Below the pieces are notes generated by a model. That model made no database searches, was not told where the DNA came from, and worked only from the letters and a program-made list of their open reading frames with translations. A program made the position numbers and the translations under genes. A DNA stretch of 64,000 nucleotides from Guillardia theta CCMP2712 (Eukaryota; Protista; Cryptophyta), in the NCBI RefSeq assembly GCF_000315625.1, contig NW_005434670.1, positions 480,127 to 544,126 on the forward strand, read 5' to 3'. The stretch's first letter is position 1, and every line of letters starts with the position of its first letter. Below, in pieces: positions 21,249 through 32,139 of the stretch.

Positions 21249-23226
21249 ATGGGGAGGGCATGGAAGGCGCTGCTTGCTGCGATGCTGGCAGGTCTGGGCA
21301 GTTGGGCGCGTGAGGAAGAGCAGAAGATCGGAGTCAAAGTGTTGGCTCCTCCCGACCTGTCGATCGTTCCAGGAAGCTTTCAGGTTGTCATCGAGGTGCT
21401 TCCCTGAGACTCTCATGACGAGGTGGAGTGATCGATGTGATGGGGGGCAGGTGGCAGGAGGAGATCAGCTAGAGCAAGGATGTTTTGCTACTGTCCTCCT
21501 CAACAACCAAGAGGCGGCTAACTTTACCTTGGCCAACACACCAGTACAGCAGTTCAAGCTGGACATCACCAAGATCAGGCAGATGGTATATGACTGCGTT
21601 GTCGTCGTGATCGGTACGTCGATCGCCTTGAGAGGAGGCATGACAACTGCTGCGCAAAGGCCCTGGCTCGAACTACCTCGGCGTGTTCGACGTTGTCACT
21701 ATAGGAGGTCTCAAGGCTCCTCGACAGCTTTCAGATGGATGACTTGAATGCAGTTCTCCAAGACCTTGACGAAGATCCTGCTTCCAACGACAATGGGCGG
21801 CAGTGGACAGAAGAGGAGATCAAGGAGAGCATGCGGAGGGGGAGGGTGGTTAAACAAGGCAGGAGCGAGCATGCAGATGAGATCTTGGGGTCGATGGTAG
21901 AGGACGACGCTCTTGATGAGGAGGAGATGGAGTGCGGAGTGAGGTCGCAGGACTCGCATTTGAGGTGAAGAGAGCCCGACGGTGAGTTGAAAGCTGGGGA
22001 TGAATGATACCTGACGGCAGGGCCTTTGGTGGTCTTTTGAGACTTTGGCAAGGCCGACGCGTTCAAGCAGGTTGCGTCTCTTCACCAGTCGATGCTGTGC
22101 TGGCAGGGAAGGATGACAACCGGGCCGGGTTCACCGAGAAGATGGTTTCCTTGGCACAAGCAGAGTCTGTGAGTGCTAATTCATCCGTCCTTGTCCTCTT
22201 GCGTATCTTAGAACCTGATCTCGACTTGCCGCCTTCCTCCTCGCAGGACCGGAAAAGACTGGAACAAGTCGAACAGATGCATCGCGAGCTGTATCAGGCA
22301 ATGAGAGCAGCCTCGCCTGATGATCCTGCGATGGGTGCGTGCCCTCCTCCTACGCTCTCGGGGTGATGACGATGGATCCATCAGGGATGGAAGGAACGAG
22401 CGGACAACTCTATGAGCAGACTCTGCTTTACCACCTCTTGTCCCTCTCCCAAGAGATCCGCACTGTTTGCGAGACGGTTCAGAGTTCTTGCCTCCCTCGC
22501 CAAGCGCTGAGCATGGTGCCCAGGGCTTCGGAGCGGGTCATAGCGCTGTCACATGGCTGTCTGGGCATGGAGACCTTCGCGTCGTCTCGTTCGATCTGGC
22601 CAAACTCAAGTGAGGCCTATTGTCTCGCTTGACTCGCAGCCTGAGAGGTGTGGCCGCAGGGGGCAGGAGGTTGGAGAGCGCTTCCTCGGGTCAAGGTTCC
22701 CTGGGAGACTGGAAGTGGTCCACGGGGACTCGTCGTGGACGGTCCCGGAGTTTGTCTCTACCCATCCCGACCTAAAGGTCCTGCCCACCCCTTGGATCGC
22801 CTGGCCTGACCGGCACCCCCAGTGCGACCTGATCCACGTGGACGGCGGACACTTCGACTTCGTGCCTTGGAATGACATGGTGGAGTTCGGAAGGTGAGGA
22901 CCTGATCACTGTCGGCGTGCTGCCTGTTTGTGCACTTTGAGCTGAGAGTGTGAGGCCAGGGCAAGCCATCAGTCTACGATTGTTGTCGTGGACGATGCCC
23001 CGTCACTTGGCGATGTGGCCCGTGCTGTGAAGGTGCACGACGGAACTGGACGTGCATCATGTTATTGACGGGAGAGCAGGTGGCGCAAGAGCGCAAAATC
23101 ATACAAGAGATTGGTTGCTGGAATGCAGTGGGATTTGACAACAACACAAAAAACCGTCACCTTCGTGGGTTTTGTGCCTACCATTATAACGTGAGAGCAG
23201 TTTTGGCGTTCAGAAGAATGGAATAG
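21249..23226 (+). CDS. Signal-peptide-bearing class I SAM methyltransferase (Methyltransf_24-like), multi-exon
   Basis: MGRAWKALLAAMLAGLGSWA signal. Spliced motifs VCET|GFGAGHSA (motif I), VVSFDL, LEVVHGDS, CDLIHVDGGH, IVVVDD. Stop TAG 23224-23226. Confidence 0.85.
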
Positions 23227-23262
23227 AAATGAATGATTCAATTGTTTAATGACACACTATAT

Positions 23263-24321
23263 TTACACTGGAAGCTTGATTGTATCAAGTTTTAACAATT
23301 TCGCGACGAAGTCCCATGGCATCTCGGGTTCCGTCTGTTGACATTTGACAACTTCAGCTATCGGCTCCAAGTTGGACTGCTGAGGCTGAACTGTTTCGAC
23401 AGATTTTTTCTTTGACATCACCTCATCTTCAAACCGCACCGAACATCGCTTCTTGACATCGTCAGGCTGCCAGGCCCAATCCTCGTTCTTGGACGCAACA
23501 GTTCCAGTCGACAGAGGCGTTGATGCGTCTGCAGGCTTGGTCGAAGCGCCGGAGGCGATGCTCTGGCTGTCCTGCTGGAGGAGAATACGTGGGCTGGGAT
23601 ACGATGCCGGTTTATAGCAGATAGAAACTTCGATGAATCCTCGCACTGCTGTGTTGAAATACTGGCTTTGCGTCAACTTGAATTTGTCGCGGATTGGAGA
23701 ACGAGAGGGAGTGAGCATATGGATGTTCAAGATGACTTCGCCTGCGGAAACCTCAGCACACCTGTGGATCATCGACAATCAGTTGCAAACCTAGGAAACG
23801 ATCCGCGGGATTTGCCGCATTGATGTCCGATACGCTTAGAATCAACTGTGAATCAGTCAAGGGTTGAACTATGTAGCAAGCCAACAAATGTACCTGAGAG
23901 TTTTGAGGATTACGAACGCGGAGCTCAAACTGCTGACTTTCCCACCTAGAAGCTAATGAGTGAAGAAGGTATTCGATCATGACGACGTACCAAGGGTTAC
24001 TTGAAGGAGGGCAGGGCTGTGTCCACAAGGATGTTCCGTAGGAAGGCTGTTGAAGGCGTAAGGGGAAGTGCAAAACGAAACATGCTCAGCTACCTTCTGA
24101 TCGGAGCCAACTTCACGAATGCATGCTTGAGCAGCAAGCTGAACAGAAAGCAGGAAGTCAGATCAGGTCGCCAGACTTGGGGCAAAAGCACTCACAGCGC
24201 TGTCTTTGCTGGAGGGTAACAGGAGCCCCTCAGCTCGATGAATTCTGTTGAAAGCGAGTGAATGCAGGAAGAGGCAATAATGCTCGACTTACTTGACTGT
24301 GACTACGCTGGATTCCATCAT
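23263..24321 (-). CDS. C2-domain protein (multi-exon)
   Basis: Spliced MMESSVVTVKIHRAEGL ... SSNPW|WESQQFELRVRNPQNSQ|LILSVSD...DRFLG ... RGFIEVSICY follows the C2 beta-strand pattern. Confidence 0.8.
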
Positions 24322-24619
24322 TGTATTTCCAGTTTTTTTTTTTTAACACTGGAGAGCAAATATCAGTGAAGAAAACAAAGGCCGGGGGAGACGTATTCGA
24401 TAGAGTCAGAAAGGTAGAGTTGAGGGTGGGCGAGGCATTTCTACTCTTATCGAGCTGAGAGTTCTTGCTCATCGCTCTCTTTCTTATCCTAACGCTGACT
24501 GCGCATTTCCTATCACATCTCCCATCAAATGTCGCTCTTTCTCTCATTCTCCTGCTCGCTCTTATTTTCACTCGTTCACGATGTCGAGCAGCCAGCACCC
24601 TGTTTTTGAACCATATCCT

Positions 24620-26700
24620 TTCATTCCCCCCCCCCTCCCTACTACCCACCCTACCCTGTTTCCTACAGGTACCCACCCCTTGTCCAATGCAACCGACTTT
24701 GACCCCACCCAGCGGTTTGACTCTTGGACGAGTTAACCCCACCGACAGCAAGGCAGGACTAAAAGACCCCTTCAATTCCCCCAGTTCCTCCTTCATACCC
24801 CTACTTCTCTCGCAAAATCACCCCCATTGCAACCAGTCGCAAACCTGCCGTATCACCTCCACCCCACTCGAACTAGAAATTTCGGCCATTAACCCCCCCG
24901 AACGACCAGCGTCATGCACCCCTCATCGTACAATCCTCGCCGAGCCACCCACCCTTGAGATTCTTTACCACAGTGACTCCTTGTACACTACCGGTCCTCA
25001 CTGTTCTAAACCACCCCACCATCAGTCCAAACCTGGTTGATCTGTGACCCCACCCGGCCACCGTACCGTATCAGCGCACTGCTCCCAAAGAAAAACTCTT
25101 TAAAATAATTTAATTGATACACACCTATTTCGTACGGAGCCTAGGACCCCTTAGGCAGTGACTGTAGGAATTCAGTCCTAGTGGTTCATTATATCTATAG
25201 CTCGCTAGGACTCCAGTAGCACTCTCGTACAGTTCCTTGATTCCGAGCCTCATTGAAGGAGATATCGCGTCGATCCGGAGGTTAATCGTCAATCTAGGGG
25301 GTGGGTACCATGTGCACTAGATATCACTGATGGGGGGAGCGTAACTTCGTCAGGGGGGTCTCACAATGAAGTTGTAGTACCCCACCATACATTACCCCTT
25401 GGGTCATGAAGGGGTACTGCCACACGGTGTGGCAACTGGCAGGTGCAGTCCGACGTACTACCCCTCGTGCATCAGCAGCCTGATCCCCCGAATATCTCCG
25501 AAGTACCCTACCGTCAAATGTAAAGCAGCCTATGATCAGGGGGTCCATATAAAGCTGCTTGTAAATTGGGACGGTAAAGTGAACTCCGAGCTTAGGGGTA
25601 CGGGACGACGGTACTACTGTAGGTTCTGCGTGCCAAGTTGGGGGTGGAGAGGTACCCCGCGCGCAAAAACGACTCCTACAGTTGGGTGGTTCATAGGGAC
25701 TGGAAATGGGGTGTGGTAGACCACCCCCGGAATTTGGGAGAGGAACGCCACAGTAGCGATGATGGGTATGGATGGGTGACTGGGTGATTAATCTAATGTC
25801 CCAATTGAAAGATCTGCCCTCTATGCCCCCCCTGTAACAATTCTTCAGATGGTGGTCCACTGGCCAAGGGGCAAGGGTACAGATTGTGTCAGGGAGGGGG
25901 GGTATTGTGGAAGTGCACAAACACCGTGGGGTGGGTCCTGTTTGACTTGTGACGTCAATACCGTCAGGGTCTGGAGAGGAATCACCAAGAGATGAGGGGG
26001 ACATGAACGGGGAATCAGACGGGGGATGAGGCGGGTCTGCTGACCGCCAGTGTACTCTGTTGAAGATATACGGTCTGACGGGGGGTGGGTGATTTTGACC
26101 GGTCACCACCCCCGATGTTCCGAGGTGATCGATGAAGGGGAGCTTGAAGGTAGGGTGGGTGGAAGTCACGACGGCAGTGTGACCCCGGCTCGGGGTTGAT
26201 TACTCCGACAGACGGAGGGGGAGTGATAAGAGCTGGGGAGGGGGATGCGGGGGAATGCTTGTACGGTAGTGGGGTGGTTGGAAGAGGGGTTGGAAGAGGG
26301 GTTGGAAGAGGGGTTCTTCAGGCCAAGGGTAATAGTGGGGATGAGGCTCCTTCAACGGAGATGAGGCCAGAGATGACGCCAAGCCACACAGTCAATGCTA
26401 GCTGACAGGCACGGCTGTGGACACCTGGGCAATTGTAACACCTGGGATTTACACCTGCAAGGCTCCGAGGACCTGATATCGGCTGATTTCCTCCCGCGTC
26501 CGTAGCGGATGACCGATGCGCTTTGACGCGCAAGCCCAACGAGTCGTTTGGGGGGCAAGTGGTACTAAGGTACCTGAGATACCGGCGCGCGTGCTCCGGC
26601 AACATTCTGACTCAGTGAGTCTGTGACATGTTGGTTTGTTTTACCGACTGTTCAGCTGTCTCACATTTGCATGCCACGTTTGTTGCTGTACTGTGAACAT
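24620..26700 (-). mobile_element. Heavily decayed retroelement-like remnant (gag knuckle-like and RT-like fragments)
   Basis: No intron structure, G/C-tract rich. Degenerate knuckle RCYNCPGVHSRAC (about 26405-26445). GYYNFIVRP..RSY (about 25340-25383) resembles an RT motif. Broken frames; no termini found. Confidence 0.35.
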
Positions 26701-27614
26701 GTTTGCCAGAGTGGTAACCGGTAACAAGGGCATGCATCGACGAACTCCCATAGAATCACTGATGATGTCATGCGCATCTGATACCTGGGTCTAGCGCACA
26801 GTACTTTGAGGATTACTGTCGACCAGGGGAATGAGAATGATGCTACAATCTATTGTAAGAAATAGTTAGAAAATAGACCACACACTTGTAATGAGAGCAG
26901 ATCTTAATTTGCTACAAGTGGGATGATTCCAAGGTATCCAAGCTCTTGGATTTTTGGAGGTCCGATGTCATGCCACTCCGTCTCTGGTGGGTGACGACGA
27001 CGATGTTTTTGCTTTAGCGCCTAGGCATCTGAACTAGAATCTTCGAAAGAGAAACTGGAATACCCGAGAGGACGTCGATTTGTCAGACGTTGAGGATAGC
27101 ACGGCTCCTCACAATTCTTTGGTAGCTTAGCTAAGCTATTTCTCCATCTCTCACCTATCCTGTTCATGTACTCAATAACTATGATGCCCTATTTCACTAT
27201 CCACCATTTCTGCGTCTATTCTCCTGGATGCTTGCATCCGGCCTATCCTAATCTCAAACTGTTGCTCCCCATGCTTCTCATGAAGCAACATTTAGCCACA
27301 TGAGCGTCTACACCACACAAGTCTGGACCTCCTCCACCGTGCAGTTGCACTAATCGCTGCCCGTAACCATCTCCAGCTCCTGCTGTGCTAGAAAGTTTCA
27401 ATTTATTTCACTAATTCTAGCTCAAACACAATGAACAGCCTGATACCACACGGTTGGGAGACGATGAAGGCCCTCACACTCAGCTGATGTGCATCTGAGC
27501 AGTTATCTGGCCAGAGAGGAAAGGACATGCCCAAGGTTCTGATAGTGTGACTCTGACTCGCCCATCAGAATCATCTATCACGCACAGCGACCTCCTTACA
27601 ATTCCAGCTCCGCA

Positions 27615-28168
27615 TCACGCGGACATGCTGTTGGGCGCGCTCAACGAAGCTTCCTCTGCCTCCAGGAGAAGCGACAGCTCCTTGGCTTTCGAGTAGTTGC
27701 CGCTCTGTATCGCCTCAACCGCCTCTCGCCGCATCTCCTCCATGCTCGTGTCCGTCCCAAAGTTGCCTGCCGTCGTGTGCACTTTCCCGGCTCCTGACAG
27801 AGCGAACCTCTCTCCCTTCTTCGCGCCGCACAACGTCAGTCCGCACAGCTCCACGAAGCAAGGGCTGGGCGGAAACTGGCAAATGCTATAGCAGCAGCAG
27901 TACTTGACGCTCGACAAGCAGCATCCCTCCGGACCACAGGGGCCAACGCAATCGCACGTGGAGTGAGCCTTGTAGCACAGGAGCTTTGATTCTGAGGTGC
28001 AGAGGTTGGGCTCGCTACATTTTGCACACCCGCATCCTTGGCAGCAACAGTAGCAGATGAAGCACCTGGATGCAAGTACACTCTGCTTCAGAGCAAGGCA
28101 ACCAGGAATGCGCTCCCTCGCACTCACGTTTCATCCAGGACCTGCAATGCAGTTCCTCCTTTAGACAT
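27615..28168 (-). CDS. 163-aa Cys-rich protein with UVR-like tail (copy 2, inverted)
   Basis: Reverse complement of 20081-20634 with about 8 substitutions; intron 28066-28127. Confidence 0.8.
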
Positions 28169-28439
28169 TTTGAAGGCTCTGAAAAAAGGCAGGTCTCATC
28201 AAGATTGAGAATCGTCCACAATCGTCTTTCAGGAAATCATCGCTAATGAGTTTGGAAGACAACAAGGGAGTCATTCAAGGTCTGTGCCTCTTCGCAAGCA
28301 ACTTCAAGTACCGAGTATCAATCTACCGGGACAGGGGGAAGGGCGAGGACAAGGCGATGAAAGATGAGACAGAGGACAAGAGCGGTCGACAGTTAAAAAC
28401 GCTGCATGCCAAACTTAACGGAGGATGGACTTGAGGGGT

Positions 28440-28890
28440 TCAGGAGGGAGGGGCGGAACTTTCGAATGTGAGGGGTGGGGTTACCAATCACACTTTGGGC
28501 AGACCTACAGAACCCTCTGCACCCACTGATTCCCCCTGAAACAGTCTATATCTGAAGGGTGGGGTGGGGTTGCGATCCATGCGCACACTAGCCATGGTCT
28601 CGAAGTTTCAGAGGGGTGGGGTGGGGTGGAGGGACCACGAAGTGGGTAGTCTGACTGAGTTCTAGTAGAAATAATAAAGGTTTCCGTTACTTTCTTCCAA
28701 CGGCCGCGTCAAGAAGTTGGTTACTACGGTTACACTGCCGTCGGTTTCAAAACTCCTCATGGTCGTTACAATCCTCACTCTTGTGATAACGGTCAGTACT
28801 ACTCGAGACCCTGAACACCCGGGCGCACCCACCCCCTACCCCCTTATTTCATTGGCAAGAATAGAGACAGGGTAGGGTACCCCGTACCTG
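28440..28890. repeat. GGGT/ACCC-tract-rich intergenic block (class B)
   Basis: Many GGGGTGGG/TACCC runs. Similar blocks at about 8920-9120, 19440-19580, 24620-25060, 46880-47470, 55870-56250 and 61630-61950. Confidence 0.55.
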
Positions 28891-28969
28891 AGCAAGAAGT
28901 GGTGCGTTTAACGTTCGCAATGCGAGCATGAAGGAGCCAGAGAGAGGGCGAGAGAAGCTGATAAGACGA

Positions 28970-29221
28970 GGTTGTGGATGCAACTGATGTGGTTGTGGAT
29001 GCAACTGATGAGGTTGTGGATGAAACTGATGTGGTTGTGGATGCAACTGATGAGGTTGTGGATGAAACTGATGTGGTTGTGGATGCAACTGATGTGGTTG
29101 TGGATGCAACTGATGTGGTTGTGGATGCAACTGATGAGGTTGTGGATGAAACTGATGTGGTTGTGGATGCAACTGATGTGGTTGTGGATGCAACTGATGA
29201 GGTTGTGGATGCAACTGATGA
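28970..29221. repeat. 21-bp minisatellite, 12 units: GGTTGTGGATG(C/A)AACTGATG(T/A)
   Basis: Direct reading; no spacers; only two variable positions. Confidence 0.95.
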
Positions 29222-29551
29222 GCTCTGGGGTTTTCAGAAAGATCAGGACGTGGAAGGAGATGAGTAGCTTGACAAGTCAATATTAGCATGAGACAGATGG
29301 AGAACGATTTTGCATACCTGCGATAGGCTAAATCTCAACATCCATGTGTGAGCGAGCTATTGATAAGATTGTCAACCATACTTGTTGCTTTCCAATGTGT
29401 AAAGGTGACCAATCTGTTGACAGGGTGAAAATTGGTGTATGATCGGTTGGTAAAGAGGTTGGTTCTGCTGCACCTGACCATGCACTGGAGAATGCAGTTG
29501 CTCAATAGAGCAGTTTGTCAACGGCCAGTTATTCTCGAGTCTAAATCGCTC

Positions 29552-31484
29552 ATGGAAACGAAGTCATCCAAGATATCCGAGGGCGAAGTGGACGACCCTA
29601 GTCAAAGGTTGATGGTTCATGGAGACCACTTCAACAAGCATCATGGTCTGTACTTGAGCTCTAAGTCCGAGACCTCTGAGGACAACAGAAGGGGAGAGCA
29701 TGCCGATGATTTCCAGGGCAACCCACGCGGATACTCTCCTAGCACAGCTGATGTCGATCATCGAAATCGATCTTTGACGCTCAAAGCTTCTCGCATTCAT
29801 GTCTCTTTGCCCTCGTCGAGAGATCCTGGTGTTACAATCGAACAAATGTTGAAGCCCACAAGTGATCCAAATCTCGCTCACTCATATGCTGGAGAAGCCG
29901 AAAACTCAGAGGATAAAGCTTGGGCTGTTCGAGAGCACAAGTATGCTCAATGATGTCTCCTTTCCTGCATGCTTCTCTCACAACGCAACAGGTCTGGCGA
30001 TACAGCTATGATGAAAGAAGAGGATGGGGTTCAGTACAAGTTTCTCATGGCCAAGCCGATTGAAATTCCTGCAAAAGACAGAACAAGAGAAATCAAACGT
30101 GCAAACGCTCAAAAACACGACAAGGACAAGATGAACTCCCCGGTTGCAACTGAAAACTGGTGGGAGACTCGATTCCTTGAGAGCAGCACAGGAAGAGACT
30201 TCAAACCAGTGTATGAACTTAGGTCGACAAAATGTTAGTACCTTCGCTCCTCCCATTTCTGCTGCCTTTGACTTGACATGTTGTGGAAGTGGAAGGGGAC
30301 GGCATCAGAACAAGACCGAGACAAAACGTCATGAGAGTTCAGAGCGCGAGAACCCACAATGAGAAACATTTCCCTGTACAAGATGCAGGCCCAGCAAGGC
30401 GCAAGAATTTGATGTACGTCAAGTTTACTTCCCAAATATTCTTTGTGACACAGGCCTGAGTTCAGATGGACAACAAACCACGATCAAACAAAATGTGGTG
30501 TGTTGTTAAGACTGATGCCTCGTTGTTCAAGACTGAGTGTTTGTTGATCGACGACAGGATGGGAAGCATCAATGAAGAACGACAGATCTGTTGCCCCTCA
30601 GACCCACCACAAAGCCGCAACACATGTTCCCCGCAGACCCCATGAGCCTGTTGCTAATGCTGAAGAGAGCAAAGATGTGGCATGTAAGAAAGTGAATGTC
30701 AAGCCGTTTGACTCGAGTCTCGGAGTAACCAAGACAGCTAGAAAAGCCTTGAGTGCGCCAGAGAAGAAAGGTAGGATCAGTTCAGGGCTGGAAGCCCTTC
30801 CTGTCCGCGCCAATGTTTTGCTGACTGATGTGTTCCCTGTCTCAGAGGGAACAGGAAGATCCAAACCTTCGACTCCTAAAGGTACGCAGAGACCTGGAAG
30901 CTGTCTGCCTGTTCACTCTTGTTTCATCAAGCTTTTATGGCCCTCGCTCCGAACGCTCATGCAACATCAGAGAAGGCTCCATTGCCTATCGCAAGGCGAC
31001 TTCTCCTCGAGGCTCAAGATATCTTGCAGGAGCCCATCCTCGCAGGCATTCTGCTTCGCCTTCTCGTGTCAAACCTCCTGACGAGGATGGTCAGAGCTGT
31101 GGCTCGAGCGCTTGAGGAGGGAGCCTCCCCCAGAGCCCACCAGGGATACAAGTAGTCGCCCAAAGTCTGCTGCACAGCAACAATCGCCTATCGTTCGCAA
31201 GGTATCTCTGCTAGCTCTCAGGTTCCGTCTCTTTCTCAAGGATATTACAGATTGGTCGTCCTCGCACGGCATGGCGGTGGGGAGAGAGCAGCAGCAGGCA
31301 GGGAGAAGAGAGGACCTTCGAAACCATGAAGTGCATGGGGAGCCCTCTCAAGAGAAGGGTGAGAAAGGAAGCGAAAGATCCTGTGCTGACAACGCTGGAG
31401 CAACTCGAAGACCTGATGGCCAATTTGAAGCCGTCGGAGGCTATCAGTATGGCCCCAGGGACGCTGACGTCCCTGAACGAGTAG
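29552..31484 (+). CDS. Multi-exon hydrophilic protein of unknown function
   Basis: Chain of exon-like ORFs (29432, 29969, 30572, 31112) separated by short GT-AG introns. No recognisable domain; both ends uncertain. Confidence 0.45.
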
Positions 31485-32139
31485 CATGAAAGCTGCTCAC
31501 TCTTGACTCGATCGATTGTAATAAATATGTTTACTGTTCACGGTTGCCGGCGACAACCCGGTGAAAGTTGAACAGTGTTCAACCGTCTCGAGGGGCAGCA
31601 ACCATTGGGCAGCGGCCTTGCAGATTGCTCGGAGACTGCTGAGGACTCGGAAGCCTTCCGGGCCGGCGGCTTCACAGTAAGTTCCGCATCGCAGACCCGG
31701 ACCGGCGGGCCGACTCAGTGATGACTACAGTACTGTTCCGGATCGACGGTTGCAGACCTGAAACACGGTTTCCGTTACATCAAGTTACGTCATCTAACGG
31801 TCAAGGGTGAGGCTCAACAAACGACAATGAGAGGGCAGGGAAGACGCGGGTAAGTCGCGAAGGAGGGAGGGGAGGAGGGGAGGAGGGCGCGGGAAGATGG
31901 CAGGATGTAGCACGATGAGCACGAGGGTGGGCAGGTGCAAGAGATGAAGAGAGGGAGAGGGCGGGTGAGGTGGAGGTGAAGCGGCGACCAGGGAGATTTC
32001 GATGTAGCCAGATCCGATTATTTCTCTTCACTTGGCAGTAGTAGGAGTATCATACATCTCCATTTTTCATTCTTATTGAGACCTGTCTGATGTATCCAAC
32101 AGGAACAAGCCCTAGCTCGTTTGTCTGCCTCCCTGCAAC

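Noticed and set aside
26900-27130. hAT dimerisation domain remnant (LLDFWRS)
   Set aside because: Too short and interrupted by stops; no other hAT motifs or TIRs.
28970-29221. CRISPR-like array
   Set aside because: Head-to-tail units with no unique spacers, no cas genes, eukaryotic context.
15000-29300. Fanzor/TnpB, Polinton/virophage or giant-virus insertion in the accessory zone
   Set aside because: No RuvC plus Zn-finger motif set, capsid, packaging ATPase or pPolB, and no AT-rich intronless gene array seen.
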